DNA of 63,969 nt, the filler included, from Hyphochytrium catenoides (lineage: Eukaryota; Protista; Hyphochytriomycota), in NCBI GenBank assembly GCA_900088475.1. It is 7 parts of 7 records of this genome, joined end to end, with 100 filler letters (N's around TTAATTAATTAA, not from the genome) between each part and the next. Parts side by side here need not be neighbours in the genome. Positions count along the whole stretch, not along the records: positions 1 to 30,596 come from FLMG01000066.1; 6 more parts are not named here. The stretch is one strand, 5' to 3'. Each line of letters begins with the position of its first letter. The first letter of the stretch is position 1. This document shows, piece by piece, positions 1 through 12,583 of the stretch. Below the pieces are notes generated by a model, which searched no databases, was not told where the DNA came from, and saw only the letters and a program-made list of their open reading frames with translations. A program made the position numbers and the translations under genes.

Positions 1-909
1 CTCTCTCTCTCTCTCTCTCTCTCTCTTGCTGGCTCTCTGCCATCATGAGCTGTAACGCCCACAGCCATAGAAAGGAAGAGGTAAAAGACGAGATAAAGCG
101 CATAGGTGCTTTAAGTATAGGACGCGAGAGACAGAGCGCTATGATGAGAGACAGAGTCCTTCGATGAGAAAAGAAACTACCTTTCGAGGCAGAAGGCGTT
201 AACGACTATGAAGATAATCCGTCTTCTCCTGGGGGAGCGGTCTGCTTCTGTGCAGGCTGCCGATTCCGGATAACACCTCTTTTTATTCTCAAGGAAAAGC
301 CTGTGTCCTGTGTCCCCTTTCTTGCTGACAAGGTTTTTCAAAAAACAGATATCCTTTCGGCTTCGGTTTTGGCGCTAACCCAAAGATAGACCTGGTGCTG
401 TATCTCTGAACAAAAATATTGAGCTAGGCTTTCTTAACCAACCAGTAGATTAACCTTCTACTCTATTCATCTCAGTGTTCTTCCTTCCCGTTAAGCGCCC
501 CGATCGTATGCCGCTACTTGCCTTGCAACCATTTCGGATTCGACATTTCGATTCGACTTCCCAGTATTATTTAAGAATAGTTCATTTTCCAGGGTGAGTG
601 TGATTACCAGTACTCGAAGATACTCCGGCCATGAGCTTCTACAGTTTAGGTATGGGATGCCTGTCAACAATACGTGCCCAACGTCCTCTCTCTCTCGTCG
701 CTTTCTTTCTTGATTGTTGCATCCTCTGTCTCTACATGGAGGCTCTTTAAGCGTGTCTGCTAACCACAATGCTAAATATCTCTTTTCACTCTTTCTCCAT
801 TTCTATATACTCTTTCTATTCCTCAGTGAGCTGTGTACAAACCAAACCCTTTGGAAGGCTCTTTTCACCCTTTTTACTACAGTCGTACTTCTCCCCTTTC
901 CTATTCCTT

Positions 910-1110
910 TGTCTCTCTCTCTCGGTCTCTTCTCTCTTTCTCTCTCTTCTCTCTTTCTCTCTTTCTCTCTCTCTCTCACTTCTCTCTTTCTCTCCTTTCT
1001 TTCTCTCTCTTCTCTCTTTCTCTCTTTCTCTCTCTCTCTCTCACTGTCACTTTCTCTCTCTCTCTCTCTCTCCCTCTCTCTCGCCCTCTCTCTCTCTCCC
1101 TCTCTCCTCT
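910..1110. repeat. (CT)n-rich microsatellite/pyrimidine tract; similar tracts at 1-27, 25520-25620, 30065-30120, 32300-32530, 33120-33190, 35200-35540 and 39520-39700
   Basis: Directly visible imperfect (CT)n/(GA)n runs. They generate the many Ser/Leu or Glu/Arg ORFs in the track. Confidence 0.95.
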
Positions 1111-1731
1111 GCCTTGTCTTTATGTTCCCTTTGCCATCATGCGAGCACGTTCTCCCACTCGGTCTTCCTCCTCATCGCTGCTGCCACTTGGCCTTTCGCT
1201 TTGGCATCGCGTTCTCACGAAGACGAGGTCCTTGCCTACTCTTTTGAGACGAGGAGATCCTCTCTCTCTCTTTCTCTCTCCTCTTCGCTGTGGCTCTTCG
1301 TCAACAGCTCCCGCTCTTGAATGTCCTGAGCCCAAGCTCAAAGCTGGAACCTAGGATTTCTCCCACCGCCAGCGAGTTCCTACCCCACGACATTGTTGCC
1401 GTTCTTCTCTCTCTCTCTCCGCATTCTCCCGCTCTGCTCTCTCCCTCTTCACTTTTAGCCTCTGTTCTCGGTGTGCCCGCGTGCGCATTGCGATCTTCAG
1501 GAAGTCTTTCCTGCTCGAGAAGTCATTCTTGTTCTTAGAAGGTCACATTGACGGAGAACGTAGGCTAAGAGTCAATCTTCACAGCTAACTTCTGAGAACC
1601 GCGTCGCCCTTTGTCTTTTTAAGCTGTCTTCCTCTCTTTCTCCTCTCTCTCCCGTTGACTTCTCTTTCTCCTCTCTGCAAACGGAGAATGTGAAAGGAGA
1701 TCCTCTGGGCTGAAGCTTTGCGGTTGGCAGA

Positions 1732-4176
1732 ATGGCAGCCAATGAGGTGCTTCAGAGCCCTTCTCTCTCCTTTGGAGAGGAAGATCTTACGAGGCTCAGA
1801 GATCCAGACGACGAAGGTAGGGAGAAAGATCTCTTAGCGGTCTCTTTATAAGTCATCTCGCCTTCCTTTCTTGCCGTCTTTCATCACCTTGAGACAGGGT
1901 GCTGGCCCTCTCTCTGCTGCGATCTTACCTCTCTCCTTTGACTTCTGTCGTCGTTTCCTTCATGTCAAACCGTTGAAAGTCTTCATCTTCTCGTTATCTC
2001 TCTTTCTCTCTTACTTTCCCTCTGTCTCCTTCCTTCTCTCCCTTGTTCTCGCTCTCTTTCTTATGGGAGATACACTGCGTATTCGCTCACCGTCTGTCAT
2101 TGTCCGTCTCCCTGCAATCTTCTAGGTTTTGATGATCCGCAGCACAAGAGGAAGCACAATCTCTCTTCCTTGCACAGCAGCGGCTCCTTAGCATCAGACA
2201 GCGATGAGGTGATGTACCTGACATCTTCTTCTTCCTGCTCGCCCCGCAGCAAGGAGCAGCTTGCCGCTGACGGAGGAGGTGGCAAAGGGAAGCAGGAAGA
2301 CACTCCTCATAAACGGCGGAGAGAGCACAGCCCTTTCTTTCCTCTCTCTTCTGCAAGTAAGGACTTCAAGCCGTCTCCATCGCTCTCTCGCCTCGAGGGG
2401 ACGCCAGACTCCTTGTCGTCTCTTGAAAACGATCAATCAGTGAGAGGAATCAAAGGGAGCGACGAAGGGAGGAATTCCCTCCTGAAGTCTCCCCGTACGC
2501 CGCTGTCCACTGCAGCTAGTGACGCTTCCTTCTACAGCGCTCTAGCAACCCCGGTGCCTTCCAGTCTTTCGTCTTCTTCTTCTTCTTCTCCCTACCTGTC
2601 CTCGCCGTCCACAGCTCTCCCAAATGCTCCTTTGTCCATACGAAAGCCTGAAGGAGGGAATGTACAGGGATTCAGCTCCCAGTGGAGACAGCTTTCTTCT
2701 TTAGGATCGTCTTCCCTTCCTCTCTCGACCCGGAATAGAGCAGCATCGGCCTCGGATGTCTCTCACTCTCTCGACATGGTCACAGAGGACTTTGCGGCCC
2801 TCTCCTCGCCTCGATGCTCTCTCGAGCCATCCAAGGACTTTGGCGGGCGCGCCTCTTATTCCTCTTTCTCTTCCTCTGTCTCCACGCCACGGAGAGAAAG
2901 GTCCTCATCCTCCGGCAGTAACTCCAGCTTTGCTCTTCCGACTCCTTCATCTCTCCCTCCTTCCGGTGCTAGCTCCTCAACTTCACTTCCATCTTTCTTC
3001 TCCTCTTCTCCCGCAAAAGACAGGCCAACATCGCGTATGACAATGGGAGCGAGGAAACAGCGGCAAATGTCACTCACTATTGATGTGCGTGACACTTCGA
3101 TGGCTACAGAGGGAGACCCAGGAGGAATGATCGGAGAAGGGGACGGATGCTACGCTCGTCCTGAGCTTGAAAGTAGCCGCCGCAACCAAGAAAAATATAA
3201 GAAGATATGCTCTCCCATATTGGATCACATCTTCGTCGGGGGCAGTGCTGCAGCTCAGAACAAGGCAGAACTCTTGGGCTTAGGCATCACTCACGTGATC
3301 AACTGTGCGGGCAAGGTGGCGCCAGACTTTTTTCCTGAGAGCTTTAACTATTGCACCTTCCGGATGAACGATCATGACTCTCAGGACATCACTGGACTCT
3401 TCTACAATGCGATTGAGTTTATTGAAGAGGCCAGGAAAAACGGTGGAAAGGTCTTTATACACTGTTTGAAGGGGATCTCTCGGTCACCAGCGATCGCCAT
3501 CGCCTACCTGGTGTGGGAGAGAAAATGGAGCTATGAAGAAGCATACAAGTTTGTCAAACAAGCGAGGCCGGTCGTCAATCCCAATCCGGGTTTCGTCTTC
3601 CAGCTGTGCGAATGGGAGCAAAGCAAGCCTCATGTCTCGAGACTCCCCGCAGTGTTCCGCGTCGATAGGCATCCGCCACCACCTGCTCAGCCCGCTGGTA
3701 CAGCTAAAGGGGGAGGAGAAGGCAAGGATGACGCTCGAACAGGGAAAGAACGATCCGCTTCTCTTGACAACTCTTCCTCGCCACTCCGTACAGCCTGGTA
3801 TCCTACGCTGTCATGTCCGCTGCACGTGACAGAAGAGGAGCTGCTAAGACCGTCCCAGGCGCTCTCAACGCACTGTTTGATCATTGCCGACAAAGAAAGG
3901 ATGTTTGCTTGGTATGGAAAGGGCTGTCCAAAGGAGTTCAGGGAGGTTGCCGCCGTTGCCTGTCGGCAATTGGGGACATATGAAGGCTTTCCGTCTACTG
4001 TTGTACATACGAGTCAAGGGGAGGAACCAGAGGAGCTGTGGGACGTGCTGAGACGTCTGCCCCCTAAGGTGCCAGCATTGTCTTGTGCCCTTCCATTAAC
4101 CTCTGGGCGTAGTGAGCTACCTCTTGCCACTCCCAGAGGCGGAGGAAGAGGGAAACCCAACCTTTTTGCTGAGTAG
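1732..4176 (+). CDS. Dual-specificity (MAP kinase) phosphatase with Ser-rich N-terminus and C-terminal gelsolin-like domain (plant MKP1-type architecture)
   Basis: Exon 1 1732-1816 (MAANEVLQ...DPDDE), GT-AG intron 1817-2125, then exon 2 in frame with ORF 2170-4176. DSP motifs: ILDHIFVGG, GITHVINCA, catalytic VFIHCLKGISRS, RPVVNPNPGFVFQL. Gelsolin-like segment CLIIADKERMFAWYGKGC...QGEEPEELW. Confidence 0.88.
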
Positions 4177-4622
4177 TCAGCAATATTCTGCCTCTAGTCT
4201 AGCCCTCTCCGGGTTCACTCCATGGCCCACAAGCACTAAGTGCCCCGACTAGAGAGTAGCACAGGGAACTTAAAACTGGCAATCGCCAATACGTGGGGTC
4301 CCTTCGTACTGCCACTGTCTATTGCTTCATAACCCTGATCCTCGAGCAGTCAGCGCTTGGAGCAAGTATTTATTTCATTCTATAAGCGGCTGTGGGCAAC
4401 CTAGGGCTCTTAATCAACTCTTTCCCAGCTCTACCTTCTCCATCTACTCTGAGGCCAGCCTTTTCTTCTTATGGAGGTAGGGCGGAGGCTGCCTGCTCGT
4501 TGTAGAGGGGCAGTGAGGGGCTAGCCTTAACAACAGAGGGTTGAAGGGCTAGCATTAACAATGGTCCCGAAAGTACATGGAGAGAGGAACATTAAGGTGC
4601 TCTACCCCGCTATTGCTAAGTA

Positions 4623-7600
4623 CTATGTATTTTTACTCTTCAGCGTTTCTCTGAGCTGACTGTGAAGCTCCGTAACTAGCCTTTGAACCTCAGCATCCAC
4701 AGACGTCGAGAGGGAAGAGAGTGCGTCGCACATTGCTTCATGTTGCTTAACCCAGTCTGCCACAATATTCGACAGTTAGTGGACACGTAGCATCTCTTGT
4801 GCTCAGCTACGCTGTACCTGGTGCATTAAATAAAGCCTTTGCCACTGCAAGCTGGACGTTCTTGACAGAGTCTGACGCTAGGCGAACACATTCCGGAAAC
4901 ATATCGGCTAAAAAGAGATTGCGACAGTCCTTGTGCTCCGCCTAGCGAGATGACACAAGAGTGGGCAGAATGCACCGATGGGAGCGAAACGTTAGGCGGC
5001 GGACAGAGTCAAACAACAGAGAGAGAGACCACTAGGGTCGCCACAGGAGATATTGGCGGGAGAAGAGGGAGTAAGGCATGTCGGTTAAGCGAAGGGCCAT
5101 CAGAGCAGATTGGGAAGGAAGAAGGAGCGATGGTCTAGTTCACGCTCAGGGGATATTGCTAACGCGTTATCTCTGTACAGCTACCTTCGAGCAGTACTCC
5201 ATCAAGGCCTGGCATATACGGATAAATATCTGCAATCGAGGCACCCAGGACATGATCAATCACTTCGTTTAGAACTCGCTCCTTATCCATAACCAAGTGA
5301 GTGAAGGGCGCCGCGCGTACCTGTCTCTGCTTGTACGTACTCGCCCGAGCCAGAGCTTGGAACTGACCTATGACCTCCCTAACCTTCTCGGCGGACAGAG
5401 AGCTATTGTACAATAAAATAGGGACAGCCTAATGGGGCAGAAAGGGAGGACAAGGCAGAACAAGTTGTTCCACCGATATTAGAGTTTAGGCGTAGCAACG
5501 ACGCAGAGAAGATAAACAGGCATCAGAAGTGAAGCAGGATAGAGCGGAGAGACGTTGTTTGAGCGAGAGTCGAGAAGTAGTGAACTTAAAAGAGAGACAG
5601 AAGATCAGGCAATAAGAGAGGGGCGCATCGCACCTGCACCGCAGTGTCCCTGACCAACGATACATCGTCGCTTAAGAGTGAGAAGAGGAGCGACAAGAGC
5701 TGCATCACCACCGAGGGAATGGAAGTAGACAAAACAAGGAGAGAAGGTAATTGTCCTGCAATAGCTTGCCGCGAACGCCATTGCGGTGGAGCTTTATCCT
5801 CAGCACCCACGAGCTGGGAGCAACAACAAAGAGAAAAGAAAATATGGAGACAATGGTTAGTCCCCAACTTTCTTTTAAAGTCAGTCACCGTCCGAACTCT
5901 TCCCGAGAACTCTTTCCGTCATCACTCTCTTAGAGCGGTCTTGCTTTGTATGTACTTGGCTACGCATAACCCTCCCTGTTGCCCCTAAAGCGCCTGCTTT
6001 CTCTCGCAGACTTACCGACTGAAGCGAGCCTACGTATTTTTCGTACTGTTGTGGACCTAACTCTTGGAGGAACTCCGCCACGTGCTTCAATGCACCGACC
6101 TGGACCTACACGCATGCACCAGGTACAGTTGAGCCGAGGAGCATATTGCTAAGCAAAGCCTATAAGCTGAGCTCCTTCAACAATGTTAGGTAAAGAGAAA
6201 GGGCTCAAGGGCCCAGAGGGATGAATCCATAGACGTGGCACAACGACTGTACGGACAGTGTAAAGGCAGGCCCTACCTCTATCTCATCGTTCAGAAACTG
6301 ATCCAAGACAGGCATTAAGTCCTTCTGTGAGAGTTCCTGACCAAGAATTCTAGCAACCTGGACGATCAGAGAGAAGAAATGGTTAGTGTATACAAGCCTG
6401 CGCGGCTGCGGGCCGGTGCGGCCGAGGGTTCTATGACGACCGGTGTAAGATGAGAGTGCGCGCGCAGAGAAAAGAAAGCCTGCCAAGGCTCTGATAGCAG
6501 TACCTCGTGCAAGGAGCAAGCAAGCGTTTTCCTGACCCTTGGCTTCTCAGCAGAGACAAGCTTGATGTACGGCGTCCTAAGCTGGTCCCAGCTACAATAT
6601 GATGGGGAGACAGGAGGACAAGAGAAAGAGAACGTCAGATATTAGTCGACACAATTCTCAACTGCTCATTCAGCATAGACAACTTCCTTCAAGCTCTATG
6701 TCTTGTCCGGCATCATTGCTCATCTATTACCTTTCGCGCCCCATGACAGAGAGAACTGCAGGCAGGCTAAAAGCACAAAAATATTGCACATCTACGTCCC
6801 ATTCCTGTTGCGTCTCTGGGTCTATTCCTTCTGCCATCCCAGTATAGTAGTCAAGAAGTTCTGAGTTAACGTGCTCTCGAGGAAGAGTGGCGATGAAGTG
6901 GCCCAGCTTATGGAACACGGCAGTGCGCACCCATCGCGATGGGTCAGTTATGAGACGGAGAACAGCCTACCCACATAAAGGCGTCAGAAAGAGAGAGAGA
7001 GAGAGAGAACTTCAGGAACTATCTTGGGGTACGCCGATGTGAGGTCCAAACGCAAGAATATGAATGATCTGAGGTAGCAGATCCTCGATGGCGATTCTTT
7101 GTTGTCCACAACAATGTGACGAGGATAAGCGCCTACCGGTAAAATCTCCTCGATCCTGATCTCCAGGGACACTGCCGAGGAGATCCTGACGATACTCTCA
7201 GCACAAGCCTTTCGGACACCCCAGATCTCGTCCTAGTTTTACCGGATGTGTACAAATAGAGAGATATGAGATTCAGAGAAGTCCAAAAGTATTTTGACGT
7301 TGGAGAGTAAAGAAGGGATCACTGGCATAAAGCATACGCGTTCATGTCGACAACTACCTCGCATAGCTGCAGAAAACTGGGCAGAAGTCTATCAACTGTC
7401 TCCTGTGTAACGAAGATAGGGATGATTGTGGGTCAAACTCTGATAAACCTTCAGACCGCACGGGCCGAAGATCGTCGGGACGTAGGGAGTTACGCCACAG
7501 CCTTTCTTACCATCTACCTCTCACTGGTTATCCGTCCACTCACAAAGCTACATCCCTCACGATGAGGAAAACATGTGGTGCTACCATTTCACGAATGCAT

Positions 7601-9822
7601 ACCTCGCTATCTGACTAAACCTAACGCCCATTCCTTCTTTTAAATGCTTTCCCTACGTCTGTTACCTCTGGTCCCACAATGGCACATATGCGGTCCATAT
7701 GCATCGCTGTCCACTTCCTGACTCTAAAAACTGGGTCTTCGGAGAGAGCTATGACCTCAGGAGTTATAAACTGCAAGCGCGAAGAGAAAAAGAAGGTAAA
7801 TCAAACTCGAAACGTATATTCGAGACGCGTCTTCGTTCAAACCATTCCATCCAACGCCGCGGAAACGAAGCGGAGGGACATAAGGTAGGAAAGTAATATA
7901 TTATCAGAAACAGAACTCTGACAGAGAGCAGGACTCTAAGCCAACCGAGGAGGGCACTTCAGCAAACTCGAATGGCAGCTACAAGTTGAACGTGCGGACA
8001 GACAGTCCTTACCTGATGGCACAGCTCTGCTCCTAGCATCTCAGCTAATTGAGCCATCAAGCCGACCTGCGTGCAATGACCCACCATGAGCAGTTAAATC
8101 CGTGTTGGAAGACCCAAGAGAACAAGAGAAGGGAACAGGCAGAGGGAACACCCAAAACCATGGCTGTGCAAATAGAGCGCAAAGCAAGGCAAGAGGTCTA
8201 ACCGCTGTCATCCGCAGCTCATCCTCTTCTACGTCATGAGCTAGCTCTAGGACCATCGTAAGGATGTGTTGGCCCAAATCATCTCGATGAATGAAGCGCG
8301 AGACCTCCACCAGCGCATCGCCAGATGAGTGGCGAACCTACGCAAAACGTAATAACGACCTCAGCAAGCATGCCACGACTGTCAATAGAGGACGAAGACT
8401 GATAAATAAGGTCAAAGTTTGAGTCCACAGGTTAAAAAGAGAGAAGAAAAAGTAAGTAAGACTGGTCAGAGAGTCATAGACGGAGTACTGAGCTCCATAA
8501 TTTGGTGCTGCAACGCGCTGCTCCCCGTACCTCCGCCTTTGGATCATGCAGAAGCTGGGATAGCACTGGAAGAATTCCCTCCACTAGCTCAGAATATCCC
8601 TGAACCCCACCATTTTGGATCAAAACCTAAGAAATGTGCGAGAAAAGGGAAGAGCAGGTAATAGTTAGCAGCAAACCATTCCTCCAAGAGACCCAAAGAC
8701 GGCAGAGATGATCAGATGAAAGGGAGAGAGAGAATGTCAGGCAGAGGTGATCAGATGAAGGAAAGCACTGAGAATAAACATAAAGCAGCCAAAGCTCAAA
8801 CGCATAGCCTGCTCTACGGTTCCTGGATGATTTACCTCTGATACTCCAGGAATTTGCTCTGCAAGGTGCTGTCTGACTACAGCCTCGTCATCTGTCACCA
8901 TCCTCTCCAGAAGTGGGACGAGGACAGAGAGAGTGGTTTCATAGCTACGCGAGACTTGTATTAGAAGAATGAAGCGGGACGTACGGGCGAGTCGGTCGAC
9001 TATAGAAGAGAAACAGTAGCGCTGTAACGTAGAATCACAGGGATAGTGCTGAGGATGTCTTGGCGAAATCAAGGCACAACCAGTCAGAGAGAAAGAGAAG
9101 CAATGGAGCAACGAGTGTTGATGTGCCATAGGTAAGACGCAGGGGAGGATACGGGGACGATGTGAAAGGGTAGTCCGTAGGAAATCTCACCCTTCCCGAC
9201 GGGCAGTTTCCGCTATCATCTTTATGTGGACCAACCTAGCAGAGGAAAGGCACAGAGGCAATGCAAGAAGTAAGCGTTGCTGCTCTCCAATGAATAATCC
9301 ACAATTTCCAGGAAAAGAAAGGGTGGAGTACGCTCAACACGAGATGGGGAGCTGGTGCCGTGACAGGTAAACAATGAGTGCGTCAGTAGCCACCACTCAG
9401 GAACAGAGCGAAGGGATAGAATGAAAGCAGCTTCTACTTCCTCTGCCCAGGTTAGCCCACATCTTCTTCATCTCTTCAGTCCTATAGCTTACCTTTGCAG
9501 TGCGATGTTGCTGAAGGCATACTTCTGTATCCGGTCTAGGTCCGACAAGCTATCATCGATGGTGAGGTCCTCGAACGTCGGGTGCTCGCTCCCATCCTCC
9601 AGAATCAGGACGTCCGACTCATCTATTCCGGCCCCCTAGGAATGGAATCGAGGCAGGATGTTATAAGAGCGAGGTTATCTTGGTTAGAGACAACCACTAA
9701 CAGAGTAAAAAAATGGTATTGCGCCGGCAGGTGACGAGAGAGTTCCTCCGATAACGGTTGAGGTCATAGCGCTTTGGACGTGTATGGAGAGCCGGTGGAG
9801 TGGAAAGGAGCCTTACATCCAT
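4623..9822 (-). CDS. PPP4R1: Serine/threonine protein phosphatase 4 regulatory subunit 1 (HEAT repeats), multi-exon
   Basis: Spliced model MD|GAGIDESD...TIDDSLSDLDRIQKYAFSNIALQR|LVHIKMI...DDEAVVRQHLAEQI...EDPVFRVRK...DEIWGVRKACAE...DPSRWVR...YFCAFSLPAVLSVMGRE...VRKTLACSLHEVARILG...KNT*. The introns traced are canonical GT-AG; some 3' exons were not fully resolved. Confidence 0.85.
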
Positions 9823-11374
9823 CTTTAGCGATCCAGAATGTGAGCTTTCGTGACGCCTTTAGTCCCACGAGATGTGCTGGTTGTCGGCTGTTCCTCGAGG
9901 CCTCTGCCTCATTAGAGGAGCCCCCTCGTGGCCGTGGGAAACATTGTCGACCGTCAGGCAAGGGACCTTTGACTGCCTCCGATCATCCAGCACTCTTGAT
10001 AGCACCCAGATGGACAAGTAAGCGGCAGCGTATATCGAGGTGCACTCTCTCAGGTTCGACTACTTGCTTTGCAGAACGTTACAGCCCCCAGCTGGAGTCA
10101 GGGGTAGAGCGCTACGAGGCGTCCAGACAGTTCTTCAGCTCTAGCTCTATGTAATGCCTCTAGAAAGACGTCTCCTCTTCTTGACATCCAGATGCAGTTA
10201 AGAGGTAGATAGATAGAGAGAGAGAGAAGGAGAGAGACAGTCAGAGAGAGAGTGGGACAGACACGTGACCACGACGAGCCAACACGATATCGCTTCGGCG
10301 TCTGCGTGTGAAGCTCTGACTTCGTCTCTGTCTGTAGGTCGCCAACTTTTTTCCGCTTCTTTCTTTGCTGCCAAACCTGATCTGAGACCCATATAATGGG
10401 TATCATGGGCTACTGGTTTTACTATCCATGGGCAACTTGGGCGTCCTATATATATCATGGGCGGTAGTTCTTCAGTTAGACCTGGGTTAGCTGAGGGCCA
10501 TGGAAAGGAGCCGTTGGGCTTGCCGTTAGACCCAAGTTCATCATTCATCATCATCTCCAGTCTCTGTCTGCATCATTTCTTCAATCTTCATCATGGTCCC
10601 GTCAGGGAAGAAGAAGGGAACTACGGCCATCTCCTTCATCCTCAACCTCTCACTACCCTTCTCTTTATAGCGGTCATAAATGTAGAAGCTGGAAGCTACT
10701 ATGAAGTCCTAGTGCTTCCACGAGGGAGCCGTCACTAGCACTAGCGATGTAAAGAGTTAAGAGGGTACGTGCGGCGATGGACCGTTATTGTATGCTGTTC
10801 ACAGCATGAGGGGCGCCTTGGAAGGATGCTGAAAATCCGCGGAGCTCTCTGCGTGAGACTCAGAAAGTAGTCCTGCCTGAGGCAAGGAATCTGTTTATTC
10901 TACTTCACGGCGCTGACAAGTTAAATCTCTAAGTTTCTTACGGTGTCCATTGTGCTTGAGAAATGATGCGTTATATGCTGTCATAACATAGTGAACATAC
11001 ATAGGTCTGCCACTCGCCTTCCTAGTCCCATGATGTCCTACACCTTCCGAGAGAATGTGATGGGCAACCTCCTAGACACACGGGAAACCCAAAGTAATAA
11101 AGTAATATACTATAGCCGACGCATGGAAGACCCCAATGGCACAATCGAGATCACAGCCCGAAACACCTTCCGACAGAGTCAGAGAGCATGACATTGGCGC
11201 CATAGCCTCGAAGTCGTACCGCCGTGGTTGTAAGACCATCCACTGCTCAACGCTTCGATAAGGACCTATCCTGTCTGGAGGTCGGAGGGCAATCTGAAGA
11301 CCAACAGCGTCGAGCGGGAGGAGCCCGGAGAACCGAATCGAGTGTCGGCACTAGGAGAAAGGGTGGTTCCCACA

Positions 11375-11948
11375 TTAACTGGCTGCATGTGCAGGTGGAA
11401 GAACCTCCTTCGACATGCCCGCTGCCCAATCTGCCTCGTCCTGATTGTACTGCTTTTGTGCAACGTCCTTCAGTCTAAATGAAGAGTGATAAACATTAGT
11501 CAAACTAGATCCGTTGGAAAGTTAGGGTACGGTACGGATGACCTTACCGCCGCTTGTGCACCTTGCCTCGCTTGTGCTCATCCAGCGCAGCTTCGTTTGA
11601 GAAATGCCTCCCACAAGGTGTGCAATAGAACATGCCCAGGCTGATTCAAGATGGAGAAGTGGAAGTTATCAGATGACACCCAGTGCAACAGAGCAACAGA
11701 ATTCTCAGCTAACAGCCAGAAACAGATGCCAAAGCAGACCAAGCGCCTTATGATCGCCTCTTTATCGCATACCCTGGAAGGTCTTCGTCAAGCTCAAAGC
11801 TGGTGGGTTTGCCATCTGCCTCCTCCCGCTTTAGGTCGTCCTGAATTTGATCAATGTCTCTCCTGCGTCGCTTCGTGCTGTGCGCTCGCTTGTAGGATTT
11901 GTTCTTAGCATGCGCCCTCTTCTTGGGCTTCGTCCCTCTGTGGCCCAT
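11375..11948 (-). CDS. ZNF593: Zinc finger protein 593 / Bud20 (pre-60S export factor), 3 exons
   Basis: KRRRRDIDQIQDDL...LDEDLPG|LGMFYCTPCGRHFSNEAALDEHKRGKVHKRR|LKDVAQKQYNQDEADWAAGM...*. C2H2 finger and RDIDQI motif typical of Bud20. Confidence 0.93.
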
Positions 11949-12583
11949 AGCTCTTGCTTAGAACGTGTAAGGAATGCCTCCTTTCTGCTGGCCGCTAGGA
12001 TATCTACAAGAAAGTGGAACACTTTATGATCTGTCTAAAACAGATGCTGCGAAGAGGCTGCAAAGCCAGTGCTTGGTCTCGACGTGCCCACGCTGGCAAT
12101 GCGTAATGTTCCTGGAACAGCCGTTCATCAGAAGAAGCAGCTCTTGAAGACTGCTCGCAGATGTGATGAAGGGCAATGGCGATGTGAACTGGTGAAACTA
12201 ACAGAATGATAGCAAGTTGACTGGTTCTGAACGCAGAAAAACCTCTGGGAAAAATCATCCTGAACAATAACTAGACCTTCTAGCTTCCCTAGGATTGTCG
12301 CACAGTGATCTTCTTACAAAACAGGCATCCTTTACTACTATGGAACAACCAGAAACATGCCACCAATTGTCGCTTTTACCTAACAACTGAACAATGTGAA
12401 CAGACAGCCAAACAACGACGAACAGGGCAATAAAATCCATTATCCAACACGATGTCAGCACTGGGCCAAACTGCACAGCCGGACTCCATTAGTGTCGCCT
12501 CCTTACATACATCAAAGGGTATATTATAACGTATTTTACATAAATCTGTTGGAGCCGCTTTGTTTTCTCTCTAGGAGCTCACC

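Noticed and set aside
714-1354. Long Ser/Leu/Phe ORFs, and similar SL/ER ORFs at 25.4-25.8, 28.6-30.1, 32.1-34.2 and 39.4-39.7 kb
   Set aside because: They are translations of (CT)n/(GA)n microsatellites in introns or intergenic DNA and are open in several frames at once.
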